From Histomonas meleagridis 2922-C6/04-290x (taxonomy: Eukaryota > Protista > Parabasalia), in assembly GCA_020184695.1 (NCBI GenBank), contig JAANOX010000171.1:26924-90923 (forward strand): a DNA stretch of 64,000 nt, in the 5' to 3' direction. Shown in pieces: positions 45,531-58,034 of the stretch (positions are counted from its first letter, which is position 1; each line of letters opens with the position of its first letter). A program made the position numbers and the translations under genes. The notes beneath the pieces were generated by a model. The model saw nothing but the letters and a program-made list of their open reading frames with translations. It searched no databases and was not told where the DNA came from.

Positions 45531-46456
45531 TTGCGGATGAATAAATTAAATCTATATTTAAATTATTTAAAGTTGTTACAAAAAGAAGAAGAAGAAATTA
45601 ACAAAAATTTCACAAATATCTTAGAAATATTTATTAATTATGTAATAAAAAATAAATCAAAAGAATCAAATTATATTATTAATAAAATTATTACAAAAAA
45701 TTTAATCGATCAAAAATTAGTTCATAAATTTAATTTAACAAATTTCAAATTTAACCAAACAAAAAAATCAACAAATTCAAATGAAATTTTAAAAATAATT
45801 CGAAATGATGAAATAGAAAAACTTCAAGAAATATCAACTCAAACGAAATTTGACTTTGATCAAAAGATTCAATTATCATTTTATACAAAATATTCATTCA
45901 CTAATCAAAGAGATGTTTCATTGATTAATTATGCAGCATTTTCTGGGTCAGTTAAATGTTTTAAATATTTACTTCTGAATAATGCGAATGTATTTGATAC
46001 AGGCAAATACGCAGTTGCAGGTGGAAATATCGAAATTATTCATTTATGTGAACAAAATCATTCATCATTTGAAGGAGCTTATGAAGCAGCAATTGAATTC
46101 CATCGAAATGATATCTTTAGATATCTTTACGAAAATAATTTGGAAAAGTCAGACCAAAACAAACAAACTGATTTTGATCGAAATTATTTATCGTTGGTTT
46201 GTGTAGAAAATAATAATTTCCCACTTTTAGTATATTTTATAGAAAGTGGGTTACAATTCGATGATTCCTTATTAAACTTATCAGCGAAATATGGGAGTTT
46301 GCTTTTTATTATTAATAAAAATTCCCATATCCCAAAAAACATATTGCCTTATGCTGCAAAAGCAAATAATTGTGAAATTATTAAATATATTCTTCAACAA
46401 AAAGGAATTGATATCAATGCTAAAGGTAATGCTTATTTTAATAATTTTATGTTTCA
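45531..46456 (+). pseudogene. DUF3447-type ankyrin gene 3, truncated by the Maverick-like insertion
   Basis: Same IRNDEIEKLQE / YAAFSGSVKCFKYL / YAVAGGNIEIIHLCE motifs; ends GIDINAKG followed by 29 nt of spacer-like sequence, then an abrupt GC-rich junction. Confidence 0.75.
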
Positions 46457-46472
46457 GGTAGGTATATAATGC

Positions 46473-46692
46473 GGTCGGGGGCGGGGCCCCTAGGGTCCTC
46501 GTGATCATTCCCGACCTTTAGTTTTCACTCGGGGGATTGAAGGGGTCTTCGACCCCCGGAGGTGCCCTTCGGACCCCTCCGGAGGTCTCAGACCCCTTCA
46601 ATCCCCCGAGTGTGCTCGCTCCGCTCGCAACAAAAATCAAAATGATTTTTGTGAGCCATACAATTCGTCTGAAAATTTGAATGCGCATTCAA
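46473..46692. repeat. Left-end cluster of nested inverted repeats (GC-rich 87-nt hairpin plus smaller palindromes)
   Basis: Perfect 23-bp arms 46526-46548 / 46590-46612; GGTCGGG/CCCGACC at 46473/46510; CAAAAATCA-AAA-TGATTTTTG at 46631-46651; TTGAATGCGCATTCAA at 46677-46692. Confidence 0.92.
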
Positions 46693-46875
46693 TTTTGAGA
46701 GAACGCGAAACTTTTTCATAGGGACGATAGCACTTTTATGCCACTTTTTGTCATAAACCTATCAAAAACCTCGTATAACCAGCACAAATTGTCCCCGGTT
46801 ATAATTTGGTCGGAGGTTAGTAGTCAAAAAGCGACGGTTATTGTTTGGTCTTATGGCAAACTTTATTTTTCATAA

Positions 46876-47217
46876 ATGCTTAAACCTGTAACTAAAACGT
46901 ATTTTTGTACTTCGCAAAAAGAAAACCGTTTTCCGCCTGAATTTGTGGATTCTCAAAATCCTAGATATATAGTAGTACAACAATGTAAGTGTAAATTTAA
47001 AGAATATTTAGTATCTGATGTTTCAATGCATGCTGATTTCATTGAACGTGATCATTATGAAGATTATTTTTGTATTTATACGAATGAAAATAGAACTAAA
47101 TATTAGAAATATGAATATAAAAGTAGAAAACCAAATTTTAAAATATGGTTTAAAGAAATGAATGGTAAAGAAATTGAACCAGAATATTTTATGTTAGAAT
47201 TATTATTAATTTATTAA
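46876..47217 (+). pseudogene. Putative minor capsid (penton, single jelly-roll) gene with an internal TAG
   Basis: Reading through TAG at 47104 gives ~113 aa ending FKIWFKEMNGKEIEPEYFMLELLLIY, like the Polinton penton C-terminal I.I...D..G..I.F...L.L pattern; adjacent to the fibre gene. Confidence 0.5.
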
Positions 47218-47237
47218 ATAAAAATCATTTTTTAACA

Positions 47238-49118
47238 ATGTTTACTATTGAGAATGCTATGAAAGGTATAAAAACTAATGTTGTTGAAGCTTCTGAAATT
47301 ATTGATAAAGATGATTTAGAAGAAGTTTTAGAAAATTATCCTACAAATGACCAAATAACAGAAAAACTTAATACTATAACTTCGATTACATTACCTCAAT
47401 TATACTATAATAAATCACAATCAGATGAAAAATATTCTACCAAAAGTCATACTCATAATACAATAAATAATGATTTAACAGTAAATGGGAATGTACAAGT
47501 TACTTCATTAAATGGTTTTCAATTGGCAACTTCAGAAGGTGGTAAATAATTCATTAGATTTTAAATCAAAAACTGGTTCATTATTAAGTTTTGGAAGTAA
47601 TGGTAATATTAAATGTGCAACTATTAATAATGTAGATATAACTAAAATATCTTCAAATGATCATAATCATGATGAGATTTATGCTAAAAAAGATCATGAA
47701 CATACAAACTATGCTTCAACAGAACATACTCATAGCTATAACGATTTAAATGATAAACCTGAAACATTTCCACCTTCAGATCATACACATAGTTATAATG
47801 ATTTAACAGATATTCCTCCAGTAGAAGCACACATGCATAGTTGGGTGATTTATATGGCATACCTGATGCATTTGTTCCTGTAGAACATTATCATGATACT
47901 AGATATGCATTGATTGATCATACACATCCTGAGTATGCTTCAAAAGATCATAATCATGATACAAAATATGCTGCATCAAATCATACACATAGTTATAATG
48001 ATTTAACAGATATTCCTATAGGTTCAAATACAGAAGATATCCATTGTTCAACAATTAATGGTTTTGCTTTAAATTCATCTCCTTCAGATTCAAATTTAAA
48101 TATTAGTGTTCCTTCAATTGCAGTTATTAAAAACGATGGTGTTTTAGAAACAGGTCCTTATATAGATATGCATACTAGTGATGGATATGAAAATGATTAT
48201 AGTTTTAGAATACAATGTAAAGGGAATGTTATGAAATTTATACCAACACTAAAAGGTTGCAATGGTTTTTATTACTCAGCAGCTTTTGATTCATTAGGCT
48301 GTACTAACTTAAATTGCTCTAAAATTATGTACTCTGTAACAACTAATGGTATTGATAATATAGGAAATATAAAATCCAAAACTGGTCAATTCGATAGTTT
48401 AGAATCTACTAAATTAACTTTATTTCACAGTATAATTGAAGAATCAGGTAATACATATCAATTATTATGGAGAATTTATGGATGTACACCTACTTCAGAT
48501 AAAAAATATGGAAGATTATATTTTGAATCTGTAACACAAAAGAAACAAGATAATGGTACCTTTTCTGATACATATAGTAAAATATATCATATCGCAACTA
48601 CATTCAATACATTCGAAGGAACTGGAGGTCTTGAACAAATAAATACAACTATTATTCATAATGCTCCTGTTTCAGAAGATTTAACACAATTTCAAATTGG
48701 TTCACTAGTATTTTGTACAGGTAATGTTTTTTCATAAAAAGAAAATGGTATATATACTTCAAATACATCTACAACAGATTGTATACCATCAGTTAAAACA
48801 TCAGGTACATATAAAGAATATTTAGGTATATGTGTATCTAAAAATGAAAAAGGTTACAAAGCATCAATAGGTGTTTTAATTAAAAATCGGGTAGAAATTT
48901 TACAAGATACTATTGATTTTGCTACACATGGAGATTATTATTTTAGAGTAAATAATACTGCAGATTATGAAATTGGTGATGTAGTATTATTTGATGGTAA
49001 TAAATTATCAGATGATTTAGTAATAACTACTATAATATTAAATTTATTATTGAATTCAATAGTTGGTAAAGTAACAGGTGAAATAGATGAACATTAATTA
49101 AGTGTATTTAAAGAATAA
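47238..49118 (+). pseudogene. Putative virion fibre/spike gene, broken by 2 frameshifts and 2 stops
   Basis: His-rich repeats DHNHD / HTHSYNDLTDIP typical of trimeric fibres; frame continues past TAA 48735 through FATHGDYYFRV...IVGKVTG to TAA 49116. Confidence 0.65.
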
Positions 49119-49147
49119 ATATATTTTATTTCATTTTATTTTTCTAT

Positions 49148-49684
49148 ATGATGGATTCAGTTTATAAAAGATAGAGAGAAATACAAGATTCATTCGAAAA
49201 ATTGATTAAAAATGAATTAAATAATCAAAATTCACAATTAAAAGGTAATTTGAGTCTTAAAAATTTTATTAATTTTTTGAATGAAAAATATAATAGGGAG
49301 TTTAATATCACACCTGAATTTAATACTGGTACAAAGCCATTAGTTGAAACATACAACAATTTAGTTAATTATTATATAGATGTCAGTTTAGAAAGAATAA
49401 CATATAATCAATTTAGAAATAAACAATTTGACAATTATAATCAATTTAAATATAATTTTATTAAAATTTTTATCGAAAATGAAAAAATTACACCTATTAA
49501 TAAAAAAATTGGAAGAAAAACAATTCCAGAGCATTATGAATATTATATTAGAACGATTATCAAAAAATTGAATGAGATGTTTGCACGCAAAGTTTTTGAA
49601 GCTAAAAAAAAGCCTCTCAAATTTAATCAATATTGTGAAGAATTAAGGAAATATTTATATGGTATTGAAATAATTGATAATTAA
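49148..49684 (+). pseudogene. Maverick hypothetical protein (early TAG after MMDSVYKR)
   Basis: ATG at 49148 is in frame with ORF 49202-49684; Inr-like TCATT upstream. Confidence 0.5.
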
Positions 49685-49726
49685 ATTGGGAACGTATTTA
49701 CATTCGATTCTGCTTATAGTAATTAT

Positions 49727-50677
49727 TTGTTACAATATTTTAGTAAATTTCCTTATGACAATATATATAGAAATTATAATATTTATGAAGATTCTAAGAA
49801 TTCACCGTATATTAACACAGGTTTCAAATCTCGTTCGAAAAACAAATATTTATTTGATAACTTTTTACTTCCATATCATATTGATTATTCAAAATTAGAT
49901 CCACAATTTAAACATAATATAAATTATTTTTCTTATAAAAGAAATAAAAAATATCAATTAAAATATATTGGTAATAATGGTGAATATCAAATGGATTTAT
50001 TTTTTTCTGGTTATGATGAAACCACTAAAACAGAAACAAAATATTGTTATTTATTAGCAGTTGAAATTAGGTCTAGATTTTTATTTTATGCCTATACTAA
50101 TACAAAAATAAATGATAAAATAACTAGAAAGAAATCAATGGAATCTATAGCTAAAGCTTTATTTAATTCATGTGAGGGAGGATTTAATCCTAAAATTATA
50201 CATTGTGATTCTGAAAAATCATTTTTATCGAAACCTTTACAATATATAGCAGCACATTTATCTGGTGTAAAAATAATTTTAGTAAAAAAAAAAATTTTAG
50301 AAGATAAATCTTATCCTATTCATACTTATTTAGCTATAATAAATAGAATTTGTAGAACTATTATAGATATGGCTGATAATATGAGTTTAAAAGAAATAGA
50401 TCCATATCATATGAAGAAAATTGTCGGTAATTATAATAATACTTATCATAAAACATTAAGTCAATTAAATCACAAAAAAATTTCACCAATAGAAGCTTTA
50501 TATCAAGGAAAATCTTTTGGTTTAGAGTTACATAAATTAAATGATAAAATTATGAAACAAAAAGGATTCAATTCACCTCCTGGTACACCAGTAACAGTTT
50601 ATAACACAGATCAATTAAAAAAGAGATCAAAAATATTACCAGATATTTTAATAGTAGATAATTTCCGAAAAAGGTAA
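49727..50677 (+). CDS. int: Retroviral-type (rve) integrase of Maverick; start lost, C-terminus frameshifted
   Basis: EYQMDLFF, YLLAVEIRSRF, IHCDSEKSF, INRICRT, YNNTYHKTL...SP motifs; SH3-like tail continues in another frame to ~50760. Confidence 0.8.
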   Translation: MLQYFSKFPYDNIYRNYNIYEDSKNSPYINTGFKSRSKNKYLFDNFLLPYHIDYSKLDPQFKHNINYFSYKRNKKYQLKYIGNNGEYQMDLFFSGYDETTKTETKYCYLLAVEIRSRFLFYAYTNTKINDKITRKKSMESIAKALFNSCEGGFNPKIIHCDSEKSFLSKPLQYIAAHLSGVKIILVKKKILEDKSYPIHTYLAIINRICRTIIDMADNMSLKEIDPYHMKKIVGNYNNTYHKTLSQLNHKKISPIEALYQGKSFGLELHKLNDKIMKQKGFNSPPGTPVTVYNTDQLKKRSKILPDILIVDNFRKR

Positions 50678-50757
50678 ATATAATATTCATAATGAAAAAG
50701 GTATAAAAATGTCAGTACCAAGATATTTATTAAATCCTGTGCCTTATCATATTAATC

Positions 50758-51279
50758 TTAATAAATAAATACTTTTTCTGATGATATATTGAATTCATCC
50801 ATTAATGTGTTATATTCTTTATTATATTGAGAATTAAAATCATAACCATTAATCTTAATTGAATTAACTTTTTTAATTGGATTTACATGCTTTAAACATC
50901 CAGGTTCAGGATCTTCATAACTTAATCTAACTTGATTAAAATCAATTTCTAGAATTAAACTTATAGCTTGTATTAAATCATTAGCATTAATTATAATTTT
51001 TCCACTATTATCAATTAAATTTGCTATTAATTTCATATTATTTGTTTTTAATATCGCACTAAATGTTAAAGCTATATGTTTATATAAAGCACTAGCATTA
51101 ACAGTATTAAGTTCAGTTTCTCTTGTAATTATTTTTGGTGTTTCTTCATTAACTTCAGAATAATGTGCTGGTGTTTCACTATTGTTATTATTAATAATAA
51201 CTTTACAATTAGCACTAGAACTATTATGTTCAGTATTATTCTTCCCTACATGAGGTGAGAAATCACTTATTTTAATCAT
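50758..51279 (-). CDS. Maverick hypothetical protein
   Basis: Intact 173-aa ORF inside the element, tightly packed against its neighbours. Confidence 0.6.
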   Translation of the reverse strand: MIKISDFSPHVGKNNTEHNSSSANCKVIINNNNSETPAHYSEVNEETPKIITRETELNTVNASALYKHIALTFSAILKTNNMKLIANLIDNSGKIIINANDLIQAISLILEIDFNQVRLSYEDPEPGCLKHVNPIKKVNSIKINGYDFNSQYNKEYNTLMDEFNISSEKVFIY

Positions 51280-51306
51280 AAAAAAATAATGATTTTAATT
51301 TTTTAT

Positions 51307-52417
51307 TTAATTATTCACTCCGTATCCAGTAACTTTTTGTATATAAGCACTGATAGCATCTTTGATTTCATTTTGTTCACCATTCTTATCTTCTATCATT
51401 TCAGTAACAGCTTTTTTACAAGCACTAGTATAATAATTTTCACCAGTTTCTACCATAATAAACTTTTTAGCTTCATCAAATTTATCATGTAATTTATAAG
51501 GTTCTAATAATTCATTAACTCTAGGAATAACAAAATTTCTATACATTACGGCTGACACTGTAAGTATAGGACACAATGACTTTGCTCTTTTAGTATTTGC
51601 TACACCTCTAATTTGTTCCATATTTGTCATAAGTTGATGATAAAGTGGCTTAATAACCAAACTAGTAAATACTTGATTTGCTGTTCTCCTTCTTGGTTTA
51701 TGTGTTTTATAAATATTCATAACACCTGTATCACCATAATATTTCTTATTTAACTCATTAACCTTTTTGTATAAATGGTATATAATCCTCATATGGAGTA
51801 ACTGTTGGATCATCAAATGGTTTCTTAATATTAAATTCAACCTTTCTAACTTTATTTTGTAAGAAATCTTGAAAAGTTGGAACATATTCATTGTTAGCTC
51901 TCCTTTCTCTCCTTCTAGCAGGTGAGCCATATGTATTTTGTAAATGACTGATATATTCTCTTTCATAAGGATCTTGTGTTTTAACTGTCCAACCATTAAC
52001 GATTTTAGCTCTCCCTATGTTGATCTCTAACTATAATATCTGGAATTCCATCGTTATTAATATCTTGTTCTATAGCTGCCCAATGATATTTTTTTTTTTA
52101 CCCTTATTATGTTTTGCAACTAATTCTTCAGCACCTTTCAGAGTTTGTGCTTCTCTAACTTTTTTTACATCTTTTTTTAAATCAAGAATAAGATGAGCTA
52201 AAGTTTCCATATTTGGATCTAATAATACTCGATTTCCACCAACATATTTATAATTTTTAGGATTATCCTCAAAATGATACATTTCACCATCAGGTGTTAT
52301 TAAAGGTTTACGTTCTTGTTTAACAGGCATATGATAACGTGGTGGTAAATTATCAGGATTTCTTTTAGTAGCGTAATTTCTTTCAGGTAAGTCAGTTGCA
52401 AGTATTGTTTCTGACAT
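51307..52417 (-). pseudogene. Maverick hypothetical gene split by frameshifts
   Basis: Collinear ORFs 52070-52417 and 51307-51996 with coding-like sequence between them. Confidence 0.55.
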
Positions 52418-52448
52418 AAAAAAAAATGATTATTCTAAAATATTTTTT

Positions 52449-53252
52449 TTATACAATTTTTATTTTTTGATTATTAACATCAACAATCATTATTTTTTTA
52501 AGACCAGTTAATTTTTGATAAACTGAATAAATTTGATCTTTAGTATAAGGTAATGGTATTTGAGCTAACATATAACTTAATTGTTGTTTAGAGAAATTAG
52601 GAAATATAAATATAGTACTTACATTAGCTTTAACTTCAGCAGGTAAAGATTTCCAAAATTGAACAGCGAAAAATACAGAACATTGAATATGAGCTAATTT
52701 AGTAAATAATTGATTAAAATAACTAGTAGGTTTTTTAAATAAAAGACTATTAGCACAATCTTCAAAAAATATTATAGTATGTGAAGTTAAATTATTAAAA
52801 TTATTAATATATAATTTTTTAAATAATTCAGATATTTGTTTATCTACTATTTTATTTTCCCAATGATTATATCTAATTTCATTATAAAATTGTTTTCATT
52901 TTAATATATTTTTGACTATCTCTTCTGCTTGATTTTCAGCTACATATAATATTGGAATCTTTATTAAAGGTTTTAATGATTCAAATGTAGGATCATTTTC
53001 TAATCCATTTTTATTAATATAAATTAATAAATGAGTTCTAGGACTAATATTACTAATTTTAATAATTTCTCTAATTATACATTCAGTTTTCCCACTTCTT
53101 TGTCTACCTACTGTCATATTTAAAGAATTATAAGGTACATTCACTTCTGGATGAATTTCACTTATTAATTCTTCATTTAATTTAGGTTTATTTTTATATA
53201 AACAATAATCAATCATATTATCTATAGCATCAATATTAATATCGTTTTCCAT
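52449..53252 (-). pseudogene. A32/FtsK-HerA-like genome-packaging ATPase with one internal TGA
   Basis: Walker A VGRQRSGKT; same frame after TGA 52896-52898 gives Walker B TIIFFED and QFWKSLPAEVKANVSTIFIF; ends TAA 52449. Confidence 0.85.
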
Positions 53253-53301
53253 AAAATAAAATAATTTTATAAAAAGCATTTTGTCACTTCATTATTTTTT
53301 A

Positions 53302-53700
53302 ATGGAAGCTCTTTATACATGCTTTGCACAAGAATTTAAAGATTGTGATTTTAGTGCTATAAATATTAAACCTTCCTTTTCTATAGTAAAAAATAAAAAT
53401 GTAATAACAGTAACTGTAACTGTGTATAATAAATATCATAATTTATTAAGAAAACAAATTTATAAATTTATAGATGAAAAATATCATCCTACTATTAAAA
53501 ATCCTTTACAAAATATAACACCTGAACAATTAGATCAAGCTTATCAAATATCTAAAATGGAATTATTAAATCAAATATTTAATAATGATTTAAATAAATA
53601 TAATGCTTACTTAGGTAAATTAAATGTATTGCAACAATACGCGAATACATTAACTCAACAAACTCAAGAAGAAAACACTCAAAATGAAAATAATTATTAA
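53302..53700 (+). CDS. Maverick hypothetical protein (Q/N-rich C-terminus)
   Basis: Intact ORF; Inr-like TCACTTCATT at 53284 precedes ATG 53302. Confidence 0.55.
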   Translation: MEALYTCFAQEFKDCDFSAINIKPSFSIVKNKNVITVTVTVYNKYHNLLRKQIYKFIDEKYHPTIKNPLQNITPEQLDQAYQISKMELLNQIFNNDLNKYNAYLGKLNVLQQYANTLTQQTQEENTQNENNY

Positions 53701-53745
53701 TAAAAAAAATTGGTTAAGTCATTTTTTATTAATGACTGAGGTCCT

Positions 53746-56700
53746 CTATTTAAAATAGTTGTTAATGTCTCTTTTTTCATATGTGGACTTTAATGTTCTC
53801 GGGAACTTCACGACATTAGTGATAGTTTGATTAGGATTTAATTTAAATTTGGTTGTACCTAATAATAAATTAAATTCTATTTCATTACCTTTATATAAAG
53901 AACGATACAATTTCATTATATCACCATCATAATAAAGATTTGCATGTATATATCTAGTATCGGCAGGTATACCTTTTGCCCTAGACATATAATCTATACC
54001 ACCATCATTGTATAATAGTTTATCGATATAGGTTTTCTTCATGATGAAGTAGCTTTCAACTGCGCAGTTGACATCGCTTCTACCATCGTCACTAGTAAAA
54101 TCGGAATGAAATTGCTTTAAATTATTACCTATTAATTTTCTATTATATTTAGCCTCGAAGGCTGTTTCTAATTTAGGTAAATCCGATTTTACTATATGCA
54201 TTGAGTTTGTATCTTGATAAAAGATTTTACAGCCAATGTCATATGCTAAGCACATCACTTCGTTCATGATTCTTTTTGACATGCTTAATATTTGAACTCC
54301 TAACAACAATAAGTTAAAATGCTTATCTATAGGTCGTTTTATATTAAACGATTCTATATTTGAATCATTCATCAGAATTCTTTCTATTATTCGAAAGTAA
54401 TTTTTTTATGGCATAGTTATCTGCCCGAGTACCTTTTTTTCAAGTACTTCCACTCTTTGTTAATCGGATTTTCAATTGTTTTGCCGTAACAACTATTCAT
54501 TATTAATTTGTATATTTGTTGGAGAGGGTTATTTTGTTGTTTGTATTCCACACGTTTTTGAAATATATCTTTGATTACATTTTGAATTGTGGAATCATAA
54601 CCCTCATCCCAGTAATAACCTCTTATTAATTTAAATTGAATTTGTTGATATTGAATTAAATCGTCTAATGCTATATTATCAACAACCATAGTAACAGGGT
54701 TGTCTTCAGTAATATTATTATCATCATTTAAATTTAATTCATTAATTCTTTGAACTATTAAAGGGAATGGGTAATGTTTTCTAACTTTAGTAATGATGAT
54801 TTCAACTACATAAGCGTTAGTATTATTATTTAAATAATTTAAATTTAATTGTTCTTCTTTAATTACTTTTGGAGGACCATTAATGACACTTATTCTAGCC
54901 ATTGCTGATGGGTATAATGATACGGCATCAAAGTCACATAATTTTTCTTTGATGTGCCATTTTTTATTATATGCAGTCATGCATCTTCCACCATAAACTG
55001 CTCTGGCTATAAAGTGTTTAACATGACCCCCAACTTGGAATAAATTATTGTTTGTTGAATAAATATTTTGTGTAAATACTGCATTAGCTAAAGATGATAT
55101 TGATAAATAATAAAAAGGTAAAATATCTAATGATTCTTGAAAGCCTAAGCAAAAACGATTAAAGCCTTCACGTAATATTCTTACGTCTTGTCTACAATAT
55201 AAGATCGCATATTCCCACATATTAAAAGTGGCTTCATCAATGCGACAGTTTGAGATGTTAATAATGTTATTAAAGAATTCTGTATAATTGTTTTCATCCC
55301 AAGGCTTATCCTCGTAAATGCCTGCTTCATCAATTAAACCTACCCCTGATTCTAATCGTTGTAAAGTGTAATAACGATAGGGGAATATTTCTTTTTTAAC
55401 ACCTTTAATACCAAACATTGAAGGCAATAACTTAAGTTTACAGATTAATATTGGTAAAGTGTCTCTAAAGTAAATTATTTTTTTGTTAAATTCTACATCC
55501 ATTGCTAATACCTTTGTCCCTTTAATAGTTGATTTTTTAATACCATATTTTGCTATAAATTTTGAATCATAAGCTAAATTATGAAAATATATTGTTGAAT
55601 TATTTGGTAAATAATCTAATAAATCTTCACCACAATTAGGTCCTTTAAAAACCTGTTCTTCACTACCATCATATTTCTGAACCACACATAAATATGGTCG
55701 ATGAATATCACCTGTAATATCTGACTCAAAATCTCCATAATAAATTAAATTTGTATCGATAAATTTCTCTTTCTTTATCTTACTAATATAACGTCTAACA
55801 CAAGTATTGGGATTATAATCTAATGAATAATTCATCCCATTATAACATTGATCTGAAAAATCTGTACGTAATATAGGGAAATAAGAATATGTAATTGGTG
55901 TAAATAAATTTTTCTTCATTAAAATAGTAATTAATTGTAAAGTATAGCATTTCTTTTTACTTTTTGAATTAATTAAATTTGGTTCATCGAAATGCTGTAC
56001 ATAATCTAAGGTAAAAGGTGTTATTTCTTTAATAAAGTAATGTTGTTCGAATAAATATAAATGAACTTTGTATTTCGCTTTTTCTAATTTCGGTCCAATA
56101 TAATTATAAGTTTGTCCTTCTTTTTGGTAAACTATTGGCCGTATTCGAAGTTTACCATTTGTATCTTCTGACTTGTATACTTTATGTATTTGAACATATA
56201 CTGAATTTTCTTTACGAACAAAATCAAGTTTTGAAGCTATTTGATATTTAATTAATATTCGACATCTCATTTTGTCGAGAACATCTTCAGGGTTTCCAGA
56301 TTGCTTTAAAGCATAAATAAAACGACAATCATTTAATTCTTCCCTTTGTTTATTATTTATTAATAATGTTTCAAATATTTGTAAACGTCTTAAATAATTT
56401 AATAATATAAAAGGAATATTTGGAGATACTAAATAAGGAAAGAATTGTGCCCCATTTTGATTAGCATTTGGAACAAGTTGCATCCCAAAACCAGTTAAAT
56501 GAATCCAATATGGTATATAAGCATTATCTTCATCTGAACCTTCAAATTCATAAATTTTAGTATAATCTGGTTCAATATCATTTCCAGGTTCATTAAAACT
56601 TGTTAACATATTACGATAAAATTCATTTATACATGGTTTTTGACACCAATCTGCATCCAGCCTTTAATAATTGACAAAATAATGTTGAGCAATACTAATT

Positions 56701-58028
56701 CTACCTATATGATTTTGTATATGTTCTAAAATAATAACATAAAATTGATGACGTTGAGGGTCTGTAAAACCTCTAAATTCTATAATAAAATTATCTGGAT
56801 TAATACGAAGAAATTGACGTAAATTTATAAAATTATTTTTAAAATCATTTCTAGTAATAATATAATTAGGAACTGGAGGTGGATTAGGTGTTTTAGGTGG
56901 AGGTGGTGAAAAATGTGGAGGCGGTGGGTTATCAGGAACAGGATATTTATTAGTAAGTCTATGTTTAGATGGTGTTGAAGTAGTTTGTTTAACAGGTGGA
57001 TAAATAAGAATTGATTTCTCATCTATGATGGGTATTCTTTTTTCAGTTACTTTTTTTACATGTTTTTGTTTAAGTGGAATTTCAAAAACATGTACATCTG
57101 AATCTATAATTGGTTCCGGTTTTTCAATTCTTGTTGGTTCGACCGGATTTATAAAATCATTATCATTTTCAGGTAGGTATATAAATTCTGTATTTAATGG
57201 TATTGATCCTTCATCAATTTCCTGTTGTTCATTGGAACCTAAATAAACTATATCTGGATCTTCTTCTTCTTGATGAGTTTCAGTCCAAGGTTTAATTTCT
57301 ACTGGTTCGTTTTTATTATCTTCTTCATATAATAAAGGTATTGTTTGCTGTTGATATTTGTTTATAATTTCTTTTATTTAAGGTAATGATAAAATTTCTT
57401 TATGAATTATAAATATTTTTTTGAAATATTTCTTACCTTCACTTTTATGTAGATCAAATAAATGTCTAATTAATAGAAATATTTTCATTAATTTATAAAA
57501 AATTGATTCTGAATCATTTTTTTTACCTGAATAAAATTCTGATTATTACTTATCAGTATTTAATTTGTCTGTAAAAAATTCTACCCAATGATAATATTTC
57601 AATATTAATTAATATTGATCAATATTATTTAAATTTTCAAAAAAGTTAATAAAGAATAAAGCATTTTTCCAACAAATAGATATGCTGTTGAATATTTGAA
57701 TTAAATAATTAGGTATAGACTTTAACGAGACCCAATTATTATTGTCGTATTGATTTTCTAAATAATCTTGTCTTAACTTAAACAAATCTTCTAGATCATA
57801 ATCGACTGTATTAATAAAAAATATTCGTTGATTAAATCCTTCTACTACTTCTGGATCATATAATTCTATAGAAGGTATAAAATTATTGTATATAGAATTT
57901 TTTAGAATAATTTCGAAATTATAATTAATATTATTATAATAATCATCTAAAATATTATATAAAGACATGGTATTTTTATCGTCAAATATTTTAGTAAATT
58001 TAAATAAAGTAATTTTGATTTTTGGCAT
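53746..58028 (-). pseudogene. polB: Protein-primed family-B DNA polymerase (pPolB) with long N-terminal extension; nonsense mutations, frameshift and catalytic D>N
   Basis: ExoI YGDFESD, ExoII YFHNLAYD, ExoIII YCRQDV, PolA DFDAVSLYPSAM, PolB KLIMNSCYGK, PolC YQDTNS; the 56609 frame continues upstream to ATG 58028 through five TAA codons; 5' limit uncertain. Confidence 0.85.
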
Positions 58029-58034
58029 ATTATA

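Noticed and set aside
46876-58028. Stop-codon reassignment (TAA/TAG read as sense) in the viral element
   Set aside because: In-frame stops are frequent, but they include a TGA, fall in varied contexts, and co-occur with frameshifts and a catalytic D>N change. The 730-aa pPolB core has none. Ordinary decay, perhaps with some homopolymer read errors, explains this better.
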